Below are positions 8,451-17,844 of a stretch of 64,000 nucleotides of DNA, in pieces. Within the stretch, counting starts at the first letter, position 1; every line of letters begins with the position of its first letter. Source of the stretch: an uncultured Christensenella sp. (lineage in GTDB: Bacteria > Bacillota > Clostridia > Christensenellales > UBA1242). The position numbers and the translations under genes were made by a program. The DNA lies in contig CAZOFH010000002.1 of assembly GCA_964579205.1 (NCBI GenBank), forward strand, positions 21,108-85,107, in the 5' to 3' direction. The notes beneath the pieces are model-generated. The model worked only from the letters and a program-made list of their open reading frames with translations. It ran no database searches and was not told the DNA's origin.

Positions 8451-10409
8451 TTGTCTAAGGAATATGATTCAAAAGATATAGTAGTTTTGGAGGGGTTGGA
8501 TGCCGTTCGTATGCGTCCCGGTATGTATATCGGTACAACGGGTACCAAAGGTCTGCACCACCTCTTGTGGGAGATTGTCGACAACAGTGTGGACGAAATT
8601 GCTAACGGTCACGGCGACACAATTACTGTTACGCTAGAAGAGGATGGTAGTGCGCAGGTAGAGGATAACGGCCGTGGTATTCCTGTGGACATCCACCCGC
8701 AGATGAAAGTCAGCGGTGTCGAGGTCGTGTTTACCCAACTCCACGCTGGTGGAAAATTTGAGAGCGACAATTACAAATTCAGTGGTGGTTTGCACGGGGT
8801 AGGTGCGTCGGTGGCAAACGCTTTGTCACGCTGGCTGAGCGTTACCGTTTATCGTGAGGGCTACGAGTACGAGATGCAGTTTGAGAGTCGCGGCTCGGGT
8901 AAGAATATCAAGAGTGGTGTGCCTGTCGCTCCGCTCAAAAAGGTCGGCAAGACTACTCGTCAAGGGTCGCTAGTGCGGTTTATGCCTGATGACCGCGTGT
9001 TTGAGGATATCAACTTTGACCTCGAAACAGTGTCAAAGAGACTGCGTGAGATTGCCTTTTTAAATAAAGGTATCCGCATCATTCTCATTGACGAGCGTAG
9101 GCTAACCAATGGCGAACCGCTCACGTTTGAGTTTAAATACGACGGCGGACTGGCAGATTTTGTCAAGTATCTCAACGAAAACAAGAGCGTAGAACACGCA
9201 AAGCCGATTTATTTTGAGGCAAAGAGCGACTTGTGCCAGATTGAGTGTGCGATGCAGTACACCAATGGTTATACCGAAAACACTTTTAGTTATGTAAACA
9301 ACATCCCGACTAGCGAGGGTGGTACTCACGAGGCGGGGCTAAAATCTGCCTTGACCAAAGCCTTGACCGAACTCGGCAAAAAGGCTGGATTTATCAAGGA
9401 CAAAGACCCTGCTCTCACGGGCGAGGACTTTAGAGAAGGGCTGACCACCGTGCTGGCTGTCAAGATGCGGAATGTGCAGTTTGAGGGGCAGACCAAGACA
9501 AAACTCGGTAATACCGAGATAAAGCCTGAGGTAGATGCGCTCAGTTATCAAAAATTGATGGAGTTTTTTGACAAGGGCGCCAACAAGCAAATTCTCGAAC
9601 TCGCAGTAGGCAAGGCAAAGCAGGCTGCAAAAGTGCGCGAGGCTGCGAGGAAAGCAAAGGAGATTACTCGTGCCAAAAACAGCATCGAGAATAGCAACCT
9701 TATCGGGAAACTCAGCAGTTGTAGTGGTAGAAAGCCTGAGCAAAACGAACTCTTTATCGTAGAGGGTGAAAGTGCGGGCGGTAGTGCAAAACAGGCTCGT
9801 GACAGGTCTTTTCAGGCGATTTTGGCTCTGAGAGGTAAACCGCTAAATGCCGAGAAAAAGAGGCTCGCGCAGATTTTGGCGAACGAAGAAATCAGGACAA
9901 TTATTAGCGCTTTAGGTACGGGTATCGGCGAGGACTTTAATATATCCAACCTAAAATATCACAAGGTCATCATCCTCAGTGATGCCGACCAAGACGGTGC
10001 GCACATCCGCGCGATTTTGGCGACATTCTTTTTCCGCTATATGCGAGAGTTGATACTCAATGGGCACCTATATGTAGGGTTGCCACCATTGTACAAGGTG
10101 TCAAAACGCGACCAAGTAGAGTATGTGTATTCTGACGCGGAATTGCCTGACGCAATCGCGAGGATGGGCAAGGGCTATGCAATTCAGCGCTACAAAGGTC
10201 TAGGTGAGATGAACCCTGAGCAACTTTGGGACACTACTATGGACCCTGCCAAGAGGTCGCTGATGCGTGTGACACTCGACGATGTGGCGAATGCAGAATT
10301 GATGATTACCACTCTGATGGGCGACAATATCGAGGCGCGCAAGGCGTACATTAGCGAATATGCCAACTTTAATAAAGAAGAAACTTTTGTAGGCAAGAAA
10401 GAGGCGTAG
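8451..10409 (+). CDS. gyrB: type IIA DNA topoisomerase subunit B (GyrB/ParE family; labelled gyrase B, ParE not excluded)
   Basis: TTG start 7 nt after AAGGGAG. GHKL ATPase ([42 protein letters not shown]), Toprim [30 protein letters not shown]. Confidence 0.9.
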   Translation: MSKEYDSKDIVVLEGLDAVRMRPGMYIGTTGTKGLHHLLWEIVDNSVDEIANGHGDTITVTLEEDGSAQVEDNGRGIPVDIHPQMKVSGVEVVFTQLHAGGKFESDNYKFSGGLHGVGASVANALSRWLSVTVYREGYEYEMQFESRGSGKNIKSGVPVAPLKKVGKTTRQGSLVRFMPDDRVFEDINFDLETVSKRLREIAFLNKGIRIILIDERRLTNGEPLTFEFKYDGGLADFVKYLNENKSVEHAKPIYFEAKSDLCQIECAMQYTNGYTENTFSYVNNIPTSEGGTHEAGLKSALTKALTELGKKAGFIKDKDPALTGEDFREGLTTVLAVKMRNVQFEGQTKTKLGNTEIKPEVDALSYQKLMEFFDKGANKQILELAVGKAKQAAKVREAARKAKEITRAKNSIENSNLIGKLSSCSGRKPEQNELFIVEGESAGGSAKQARDRSFQAILALRGKPLNAEKKRLAQILANEEIRTIISALGTGIGEDFNISNLKYHKVIILSDADQDGAHIRAILATFFFRYMRELILNGHLYVGLPPLYKVSKRDQVEYVYSDAELPDAIARMGKGYAIQRYKGLGEMNPEQLWDTTMDPAKRSLMRVTLDDVANAELMITTLMGDNIEARKAYISEYANFNKEETFVGKKEA

Positions 10410-10419
10410 GAGGATAAAA

Positions 10420-12876
10420 TTGAGTAAAGAAATAGAAAAAGACAAGCCAGCAAAATCGGCTAAAAAAGAGCAACTCGCGTCTAGTGGGGCGATTATCGAG
10501 AGAAGCCTCGACGAAGTGCTACACATCAGTATGATTCCGTATAGTGAATGCGTTATCCTCGACCGTGCGTTGCCTCGAGTGGAGGACGGGCTAAAGCCCG
10601 TGCAGAGAAGAATACTGTATGATATGCTCACCTTGGGGCTAGAGCCTGACAAACCTTTCAAAAAATCTGCCCGTATCGTGGGTGACTGCTTGGGTAAGTA
10701 TCACCCTCATGGCGATACTTCGGTATATGATGCGATGGTGCGTATGGCGCAGCCGCACAATATGCGTGAGATTTTGGTGCAAGGTCACGGCAACTTCGGT
10801 AGTAATGACGGAGACTGTGCTGCTGCGATGCGTTATACCGAGGCGAGACTGGCTCCACTTGCGCTAGAACTACTGCGTGATTTGGACAAAGACACTGTCC
10901 GCTGGAGTCTCAACTTTGACGACACTATCAAAGAGCCTGATATGCTGCCAGGGCGTTTCCCAAACCTGCTAGTCAACGGTGCTAGTGGTATCGCGGTAGG
11001 ACTGGCGACCAACATTCCGCCGCACAACCTAGGCGAGGTAATCGACGGCGTGGTCGCATACATCGACAACCCCAAAATTACCCTAAAACAAATGATGAAG
11101 CACATCAAAGGTCCTGATTTTCCTACAGGTGGCTTGATGACTATTGACGAATTGCAAAAGGCGTACGAGACTGGTAAGGGCAAAATTATGATGACTGCCA
11201 AGTACCATATCGAAGAGGGCAAAAACGACAAAAAGAATATCGTCATTACCGAACTGCCTTATCAGGTCAACAAGTCAAAATTGCTCCAAAACATAGCAGA
11301 ACTGAGCGAGGAAAAGGCGGGCATTCTCGCCGACATCGCCGAGGTGCGTGACGAGTCGGATAGGGAAGGTATGCGTGCAGTCATTTCTATCAAAAAAGAC
11401 GGCAATGTCAATGCGGTATTAGAGCAACTGCTCAAGAGTACCGATATGCGCTGCAGTTTCGCTATCAATATGGTAGCAATCGCTGGGGGCAAACCGCGCA
11501 CCTTGGGGCTACTCGACATTATTTCGTACTATGTGGAGTATCAGCGCGAGATAATTTATCGCCGCAGCAAATACGACCTCGAGGTTGCAAAAGAGCGTAG
11601 TCACATTTTAGAGGGCTTGCTCATTGCTATCAAAAACATTGATGAAGTCGTCCGCATCATCAAAAAAGCTGTCTCTCCTGCTGATGCAAAGATGAAGTTG
11701 AAGGACAAATTCTACCTGTCCGAGCGTCAGGCGCAAGCGATTTTGGATATGCGTCTAGCGAGATTGACTAGTCTCGAGGTAAACAAAATTACCGACGAAC
11801 TCAAAGAACTCAAACTTTTGATAGAGAAACTAACCGCCATTGTCAAGAGCAAGGAATTGCAGTTTGGCATCGTGCGTGAGGAAATCTTGGAGATAAAACG
11901 CAAGTACAAAAACCCTCGCCGCACCCAAATCGTGGGCGCTGATGAGGTGCTGGATATTGAGACGGTCAAGGTGGATGTCGCCGTACCTTTTGTGCTGGGG
12001 CTCACTGCGCAAGGTAATATCAAGGCGATGGACGCAAAGAGTTATCACAACGCCTCAAAGGACTTTAAGGATGGAGCGAGCCTCGCACAAGTGCATACCC
12101 AAATCCTCGAGGTCAAGAGCGACAGCGAGATTTTGGCATATACGAGCAAGGGCTACAGCATCCGCTTTAATATGGCAGATATCAAGCCGTGCAAATTCCG
12201 TGATAAGGGTGTCGTGCCGCAAGATGTCTTTATGGAATTGTCGGTCAACGAGCATATCGTGGGCTTTACTTTGGCAGAGTTTGAAGAGGAGGAAAAGAGG
12301 GAATTGCTCTTCTTTACCAAACTCGGCTTTGTCAAAAAGACAAATTACGGCGAGTACAACACTGTCAAGAGTTATTTGCAGGCTATCAAGGTGCGCGACG
12401 ATGACGAGTTGATTGGCGTGACTTTTGAGGACGCTACCCAAGACCTCGTGTTCGTCACTGAGCAAGGGCAAGTTTTGCTCGCGACCAAGGATGATGTGCC
12501 AGTGCAGGGGCGTGTCTCAGGTGGTGTACGTGGTGTCAGCCTGTATGACGGCGACAATCTCATTTACGCAAATATAACCAATGCAAAAGGCGAGGTGGTG
12601 ATTGCGACCGAAAAAGGTCTCGGCAAGCGTGTCGTCAAGTCCCAAATTCCAAAGACTGCGAGATACCGCAAGGGTGTGAGATTGATTTTGCTCAACGCAG
12701 GCGATAAAGTCACATTCGCTGATTGCGTGAGCGAACCTAGCGAAATCGTGCTGGTGACCGACCTCGAAAACAAAGGCATCGCATCAGACAAGATAAGTAT
12801 CGTGCCTCGTGAGAAAAAAGGTGTCGCCATTCGCGGCGTCGGCAAAGTCATCACAGGCTTTGTAAACAAAAAATAA
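10420..12876 (+). CDS. gyrA: type IIA DNA topoisomerase subunit A (GyrA/ParC family; ParC-like features, see findings)
   Basis: TTG start after [55 protein letters not shown] catalytic Tyr region, coiled coil, beta-pinwheel CTD. Confidence 0.88.
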   Translation: MSKEIEKDKPAKSAKKEQLASSGAIIERSLDEVLHISMIPYSECVILDRALPRVEDGLKPVQRRILYDMLTLGLEPDKPFKKSARIVGDCLGKYHPHGDTSVYDAMVRMAQPHNMREILVQGHGNFGSNDGDCAAAMRYTEARLAPLALELLRDLDKDTVRWSLNFDDTIKEPDMLPGRFPNLLVNGASGIAVGLATNIPPHNLGEVIDGVVAYIDNPKITLKQMMKHIKGPDFPTGGLMTIDELQKAYETGKGKIMMTAKYHIEEGKNDKKNIVITELPYQVNKSKLLQNIAELSEEKAGILADIAEVRDESDREGMRAVISIKKDGNVNAVLEQLLKSTDMRCSFAINMVAIAGGKPRTLGLLDIISYYVEYQREIIYRRSKYDLEVAKERSHILEGLLIAIKNIDEVVRIIKKAVSPADAKMKLKDKFYLSERQAQAILDMRLARLTSLEVNKITDELKELKLLIEKLTAIVKSKELQFGIVREEILEIKRKYKNPRRTQIVGADEVLDIETVKVDVAVPFVLGLTAQGNIKAMDAKSYHNASKDFKDGASLAQVHTQILEVKSDSEILAYTSKGYSIRFNMADIKPCKFRDKGVVPQDVFMELSVNEHIVGFTLAEFEEEEKRELLFFTKLGFVKKTNYGEYNTVKSYLQAIKVRDDDELIGVTFEDATQDLVFVTEQGQVLLATKDDVPVQGRVSGGVRGVSLYDGDNLIYANITNAKGEVVIATEKGLGKRVVKSQIPKTARYRKGVRLILLNAGDKVTFADCVSEPSEIVLVTDLENKGIASDKISIVPREKKGVAIRGVGKVITGFVNKK

Positions 12877-12881
12877 GATAT

Positions 12882-12906
12882 GACCCCAAGGCGGGTCTTT
12901 TCTTTT
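12882..12906 (+). terminator. intrinsic terminator after topoisomerase A gene
   Basis: GACCC/GGGTC stem followed by TTTTCTTTTTG. Confidence 0.6.
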
Positions 12907-13104
12907 TGCGTGGCTGTCGATTTTTTTGTGTGGGGTAATTATACCACGCGGAGACAAAATTTTGCCGCACAACAATTACTCAAAAAATTTATCAATAAAA
13001 ATCAAAAAAATTCCGAAAAAATACTCAAAAAATAGCAAAAAAATGGTCAAAAATTCGTTGTAAAAAAAATATTGCAAAAAATAAAAAAAATTGTTTAAAT
13101 TTAG

Positions 13105-13133
13105 TTGACACCGTGGGGACGAATACATATAAT
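13105..13133 (+). promoter_or_regulatory. sigma-A promoter (TTGACA-17-TATAAT) of DUF1538 operon
   Basis: TTGACA 13105-13110, TATAAT 13128-13133. Preceded by roughly 140 nt of A-tracts. Confidence 0.7.
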
Positions 13134-13140
13134 AAAAATG

Positions 13141-13267
13141 AAAAAACGGGTTGCAGTTCTTTTGGTAGATTTTTGTTTGAGATTGGTCGGGGTAGTTTTA
13201 TTTTAGCGGTTCAGTGAAATTCGGCAAAGCAAAGCACAAGGCGGGGTAACCCACGAGGGGGGATAGT
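13141..13267 (+). promoter_or_regulatory. about 125-nt 5' leader, candidate cis-regulatory RNA (class unknown)
   Basis: Long leader between a consensus promoter and ATG 13268. CGGGGTA occurs twice. GGGGTAACCC hairpin whose CCC could alternatively pair with the GAGGGGGG SD. Confidence 0.3.
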
Positions 13268-14788
13268 ATGCAAAATGCTTTGCTAATCAAATTTAAAGAA
13301 TCGCTGGTTTCTATTCTGCCGATAGTGCTGATAGTATTGATTTTGGCTGTCACTATTGTACCTCTAGACTTTGTACTGGTGGTGCAGTTTTTGGTCGCAG
13401 CAGTATTTTTGATAATCGGTATGACGCTATTTACTCACGGCGCGGATACCGCGATGCTGCCTATTGGCAAAAATATCGGGTCGTATCTCTCAAAAACTGC
13501 CAAAATTTGGCTGATGATGATAGTCGGTTTTTTCTTGGGCGTGGTCATCACCATTGCCGAGCCTGACCTAATGGTGCTAGCGGAGCAAGTGGCTAGTATC
13601 AATACGTGGCTATTTATCGCAGTGGTCGGTATCGGAGTGGGGCTATTTATGATGTTGGCGATGCTGCGTACCGTCCTCAAAATTCCGCTCAATATTATAT
13701 TGTGCGTGTCATATGGCTTGATTTTTGTGCTGTCGTTTATTATTCCTAATAACTTCGTTCCGCTTTCTTTTGACTCGGGCAGTGTGACGACTGGTCCTAT
13801 TAGCGTGCCCTTTTTGATGGCGTTTGGGCTGGGGTTCGCTGCAGTGCGTGCCCAGAGTAGCAAGCAAGACGACTCGAGTTTTGGTATGGTGGCGCTGGGT
13901 AGTGCTGGTCCAATCCTCGCCGTGATGATAATGGGATTTTTTGTCGACCCGAGCACGCTCGCAGGGTCTAGCGAAGTGGCTGTCGAATGTGTGACAGTAG
14001 GTGAGGGGCTGATGCAGTTTTTGACCTGCCTGCCTACCTACATTGGTCAAGTGGCGCTCGTCATCACACCGATTTTGGTTATCTTTTTGCTATTCCAATT
14101 TTTCGCTCTCAAACTCCCAAAATCTGAGGTTTTCCGCGTGCTAACAGGGCTTTTGCTCGTGTTCTTTGGGATTACGCTATTCTTTACAGGGGTAAATGTT
14201 GGATTTTTGCCAGTTGGGAGCGCTTTGGGTCACGCTCTGGCGGAGTGCGGGAGTAATTGGATACTCATCCCTGTGGCGGTAGTTATCGGTTTTGTAATCG
14301 TCTTGGCTGAGCCTGCCGTCCACGTTTTGGCGGAACAGGTGGAGAAAATTACCGAGGGCAAAATCGCCAAAAAGACCATATTCTTTAGTATGTGTATCGG
14401 GGTGGCGATTAGCCTCGGGCTGTGCGCAATCAGGGTGTTGTGCCAGTTTAGTATTTGGTGGGTGCTAGTGCCTGCGTACCTAATCGCGATTATTCTGTCA
14501 TTTATTGTGCCAAAGATTTTTACAGGTATCGCCTTTGACTCGGGCGGCGTGGCGACGGGCGCGATGGCTACCACTTTTGTGATGCCGCTATTCGTCGGCG
14601 CGTGCGGGGCGCTAGGGATAGATACGATGCTGTACGGCTTTGGGACGCTGGCATTTATCGCGGTTACCCCACTGCTGACTATTCAAATTTTGGGTCTAAT
14701 CGTCGGCATCGCGAACCGCAAAAAAGAGCGTGCGTTGGCAGAGGAATATGTCGGCAACAAGCGTGTAGAAATTATTGATTTTGATTGA
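13268..14788 (+). CDS. DUF1538-family integral membrane protein, fused two-repeat form
   Basis: 506 aa, about 12 hydrophobic segments. Internal duplication: ITIAEPDLMVLAEQV/SFDSGSVTTGPISVPF in half 1 and VLAEPAVHVLAEQV/AFDSGGVATGAMATTF in half 2. Confidence 0.85.
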   Translation: MQNALLIKFKESLVSILPIVLIVLILAVTIVPLDFVLVVQFLVAAVFLIIGMTLFTHGADTAMLPIGKNIGSYLSKTAKIWLMMIVGFFLGVVITIAEPDLMVLAEQVASINTWLFIAVVGIGVGLFMMLAMLRTVLKIPLNIILCVSYGLIFVLSFIIPNNFVPLSFDSGSVTTGPISVPFLMAFGLGFAAVRAQSSKQDDSSFGMVALGSAGPILAVMIMGFFVDPSTLAGSSEVAVECVTVGEGLMQFLTCLPTYIGQVALVITPILVIFLLFQFFALKLPKSEVFRVLTGLLLVFFGITLFFTGVNVGFLPVGSALGHALAECGSNWILIPVAVVIGFVIVLAEPAVHVLAEQVEKITEGKIAKKTIFFSMCIGVAISLGLCAIRVLCQFSIWWVLVPAYLIAIILSFIVPKIFTGIAFDSGGVATGAMATTFVMPLFVGACGALGIDTMLYGFGTLAFIAVTPLLTIQILGLIVGIANRKKERALAEEYVGNKRVEIIDFD

Positions 14789-14803
14789 TTTGGGAGGTAA
14801 AAA

Positions 14804-15151
14804 ATGGCTAAGACAAAGGCGCCCTTCAAAATGCTCGTCTGCATCGTGGACAAATCTATGGAAGAATTGGCTTTGCAGATATTGAGGAATGCACACGAAA
14901 ATTTGGGCATCAGCAATATTGTCCTCGGCGCGTCAAAATTGGGTACTATCGACCTAATGGGCTTGGCTCGCAAAGAGCGGACAATGATTACCACACTGGT
15001 GCGCTCTGCTAATGCCGCCCGTACTGTCCAAGCGCTCGATTTGCTGCTGTGCCCAGACGGTGAGGAGAGTTTTGGGCTGGCGTTTACTATACCGATGAAT
15101 AGCGCGAGTCGTGACACAATCAACTATTTTACACCCAAAAAGGAGAATTAG
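14804..15151 (+). CDS. P-II-fold signal-transduction protein (divergent)
   Basis: 115 aa, SD GGGAGG. FKMLVCIVDKSMEELALQIL...TTLVRSANAARTVQAL beta-alpha-beta pattern. Sits in the position typical for P-II genes after DUF1538 genes. Confidence 0.65.
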   Translation: MAKTKAPFKMLVCIVDKSMEELALQILRNAHENLGISNIVLGASKLGTIDLMGLARKERTMITTLVRSANAARTVQALDLLLCPDGEESFGLAFTIPMNSASRDTINYFTPKKEN

Positions 15152-15154
15152 AGT

Positions 15155-15658
15155 ATGTTTTTAAAACAGGATATGAATGTAATTGTCACCGTGGTAACTC
15201 GCGGGTTCGCTGACAAAGTGTTAGAGGCCGCAAAGTCCGCAGGCGCCGAGGGCGCGACGATGTTTAATGCGCGCGGCAATGGTATCCACGAAAATGATTC
15301 GATTTTGGGTGTCAGCATCCAGCCCGAAAAAGAGGTAGTGTTGATAGTGGTGCGCAAGAATATTCGCAAGAAAGTAATGCGTGCGATTTGTTTAAATTGC
15401 GGTATGAACGAAGAGGGTAGGGGGCTGTGCTTTAGCCTGCCTATAGAAGAAATCGGTGGCGTACATCACTGGATGGAACTGGCAGGGAGCAAGCGGGCAG
15501 CACCTACCAAATCCAAAAAGCCGATCACTCAGCCAGCCGCTGCAGAGTCTGCAAAAACAGAAAAATCCGCCGAAAAACCTGCCGAAAATGCCGAGACTGA
15601 AAAATCATCAGAAAATAAAGAAAAAATCGAAAAAAATCAAGAAAAAATAGAAAAATAA
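15155..15658 (+). CDS. P-II family protein with K/E/S-rich C-terminal tail
   Basis: VIVTVVTRGFADKVLEAAKSAGAEGATMFNARGNG...VVLIVVRKNIRKKVMRAI is a GlnB-like fold. About 55-aa low-complexity tail. Confidence 0.8.
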   Translation: MFLKQDMNVIVTVVTRGFADKVLEAAKSAGAEGATMFNARGNGIHENDSILGVSIQPEKEVVLIVVRKNIRKKVMRAICLNCGMNEEGRGLCFSLPIEEIGGVHHWMELAGSKRAAPTKSKKPITQPAAAESAKTEKSAEKPAENAETEKSSENKEKIEKNQEKIEK

Positions 15659-15775
15659 AAATTAAATAACAAAAATCAAAAAATTGGGCAGTTGCATAAA
15701 TATTTTTATGTCTGCTCATTTTTATTTTTTTGAGGATGATTTGTGATAGGGGAATGAGTGTATTTTTACAAAATT

Positions 15776-15881
15776 TGTGGGTAAGTAGTAGATTTTTGTG
15801 TGGGTAAGTGATAGTTTTGTGCGGGATAATGCCCAAAAAACACTAATTCGCCCCCAAAATAAAATGCGTCATTGTGGATAA
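15776..15881 (-). promoter_or_regulatory. DnaA-box cluster upstream of dnaA (oriC-type / dnaA autoregulation)
   Basis: Perfect TTATCCACA (read as TGTGGATAA on +) at 15873-15881. TGTGGGTAA at 15776-15784 and 15799-15807. GCGGGATAA at 15821-15829. All in one orientation, with an AT-rich stretch at 15660-15740. Confidence 0.7.
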
Positions 15882-16015
15882 CTTACGAATTTTAATAAAA
15901 AATTTTTGAAAAAAGAGTGTCGCGATACTTTACTTTTTTTATTTTGTGTGCTAGACTTGTCTTATCACAAAAATAAAAATGTGCAGAAGATAAAATTTGA
16001 GAAAAGGGGGAAATT

Positions 16016-17389
16016 ATGCAGGAGTATATCGACAAACAATGGGCAAAGTGCCTAGATGATTTTCCCAAAAAAATCAGTTCTTGCGCGATGGATTTGTGGA
16101 TAAATACATTGCAGCCTATCAACATTGAGGACAACACGCTCGTGCTGGTCGCTCCGAATGATATGTGCCGCCAGATGATTTATGACACCTACCTAGTGCG
16201 TATGCAAGAGGTCTTGCGTGAGCATTTTAATCTCGAGAATGTCAAGGTGCTGCTGCCGCAAGAGCGTGACGAATATGTCGATGATTACAATCGCAGCCAT
16301 TCGAGGGGCGACACCGTGCTAGAGAATAAAGACGCTACTATTCAGAACCCATTCAATCCGAGATACACTTTTGACAACTTTGTCGTAGGTACGACCAATC
16401 AGGTGATTTATGCAGCCGCTCGTGCCGTCGCTGAGTCGCCTGCGATTAGGTTTAACCCGCTGTTTATCTACGGGGCGTCGGGGTTGGGCAAGACTCACCT
16501 GTTGCACGCGATTGGTAATTACATTTGGGCGCACAAGACCAGCAACCTAAATATCGTCTATGTGACCTGTGAGCAGTTTACTAATGCCTTTTTGGAGGCA
16601 ATTCGTGTCAGCCGCGAAAAGGGGATGGATGCCTTTCATCGCAGATACCGTCAGGCAGATGTTTTGCTAATCGACGATATTCAGTTCATCAGTAGCAAAA
16701 AAGGTGTCCAAGAGGAATTTTTCAACACCTTTAATGACCTTTACCAAGCGGGCAAGCAGATTATCATCAGTAGTGACCGTCCACCCAAAGATATCGAGAC
16801 GCTCGAGGAGAGGCTGCGTTCGCGTTTTGCAGGAGGATTTATGCAGGATATCCAGCCGCCAGACTTTGAGACGAGGCTGCTCATCATTCAGAAGAAAATC
16901 GAGTTGGAGCGCTTTGAGTTTGAAAAGGGCGTCGACTACGAGTTGGCAGAGAGGTTGTGCAATCTCAATATCCGCGAGATGGAGGGGATTTTGCGCAAGA
17001 TTTACTTTTTGGCGAATTTCCACGGCAAAGTCGTGGCGACCAAGGCTGATATGGAGGAAGTGCTGCAAAAAGAGGGCAACCAGCCTCCTGTGCTCGACTC
17101 AAAACTCACTCCTGAGCGTATCATAGAGGCTGTCTGTGAGTACTTTACCATTGACGAAAAAGACCTCACAGGGCGCAAGCGCAACAAAGAAATTGTCGAG
17201 CCAAGGCAGATTTGTATCTACCTAATGTGGTCGCAGCTCGCTATTCCGCTGATGGCGATTGGGCAGATTTTCGGCAGAGATCACACCACAATTATTCACG
17301 CGCGTGACAAAATTATGGAGCAGGTCAAGACCAGTGGGCAACTCAAGAAAATCTTGAGTGACATCACCGCAATGCTCAAAGACTATTGA
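16016..17389 (+). CDS. dnaA: chromosomal replication initiator protein DnaA
   Basis: Walker A GASGLGKTHLLHAIGN, Walker B LLIDDIQF, RSRF, domain IV IGQIFGRDHTTIIHA. Confidence 0.96.
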   Translation: MQEYIDKQWAKCLDDFPKKISSCAMDLWINTLQPINIEDNTLVLVAPNDMCRQMIYDTYLVRMQEVLREHFNLENVKVLLPQERDEYVDDYNRSHSRGDTVLENKDATIQNPFNPRYTFDNFVVGTTNQVIYAAARAVAESPAIRFNPLFIYGASGLGKTHLLHAIGNYIWAHKTSNLNIVYVTCEQFTNAFLEAIRVSREKGMDAFHRRYRQADVLLIDDIQFISSKKGVQEEFFNTFNDLYQAGKQIIISSDRPPKDIETLEERLRSRFAGGFMQDIQPPDFETRLLIIQKKIELERFEFEKGVDYELAERLCNLNIREMEGILRKIYFLANFHGKVVATKADMEEVLQKEGNQPPVLDSKLTPERIIEAVCEYFTIDEKDLTGRKRNKEIVEPRQICIYLMWSQLAIPLMAIGQIFGRDHTTIIHARDKIMEQVKTSGQLKKILSDITAMLKDY

Positions 17390-17433
17390 TAAAATGTATT
17401 TAGTTTTGCATTTATGATTATATTTGACAAAAA

Positions 17434-17459
17434 GCACCCCAAAAATTGGGGTGTTTTTT
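17434..17459 (+). terminator. intrinsic terminator after dnaA
   Basis: CACCCC/GGGGTG stem, 7-nt loop, TTTTTT. Confidence 0.75.
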
Positions 17460-17620
17460 GCCTTTATTATTTTGTTTTGCTCGTGTTTGGCGTCGGAATG
17501 AGAAAATTTTTTATCAGGAGAGCAGGGGGGGGCGGGCTCTCAAACCGAGCAAAAATGCCAAAAATCACATCATTTTGGGCAACTTTTTATAAAAAAAATC
17601 AAAAATATCCACAAAATTAG

Positions 17621-17649
17621 TTGACAAATGATTTTCTTTTATATATAAT
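17621..17649 (+). promoter_or_regulatory. sigma-A promoter (TTGACA-17-TATAAT) of tRNA-Gly
   Basis: TTGACA 17621-17626, TATAAT 17644-17649. About 50-nt leader with a GTGCAG/CTGCAC hairpin. Confidence 0.7.
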
Positions 17650-17706
17650 GAGATTGCATCGTTTGAAATAGCGGTGTGTGCAGATTCATCGCTGCACTTT
17701 CCTTTT

Positions 17707-17780
17707 GCGAGAGTAGCTTAGTGGTAAAGCTCCAGCCTTCCAAGCTGGCTATGAGGGTTCGATTCCCTTCTCTCGCTCCA
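17707..17780 (+). tRNA. tRNA-Gly (anticodon UCC), CCA encoded
   Basis: Hand-folded cloverleaf: acceptor GCGAGAG/CTCTCGC, D arm GCTT..AAGC, anticodon stem CCAGC/GCTGG with loop CTTCCAA, T loop TTCGATT, 3' TCCA. Confidence 0.93.
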
Positions 17781-17795
17781 TGCGTTTTGCCCCTC

Positions 17796-17816
17796 AGCCC
17801 GTGGGCTTTTTTGTTT
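17796..17816. terminator. terminator after tRNA-Gly (convergent with GT2 gene)
   Basis: AGCC/GGCT stem followed by TTTTTTGTTTTTT. Confidence 0.5.
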
Positions 17817-17844
17817 TTTACGGGCTTTTTTTGCGTATGGGCAA

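Noticed and set aside
13141-13267. Calling the DUF1538 leader a c-di-AMP (ydaO-type) riboswitch because of CGGGGTAACCCA and the P-II context
   Set aside because: The highly conserved ydaO elements as I recall them (GGGGUGAAUC, CAGCUAACCUCGUAAGCG) are absent. It is kept only as an unclassified candidate leader.
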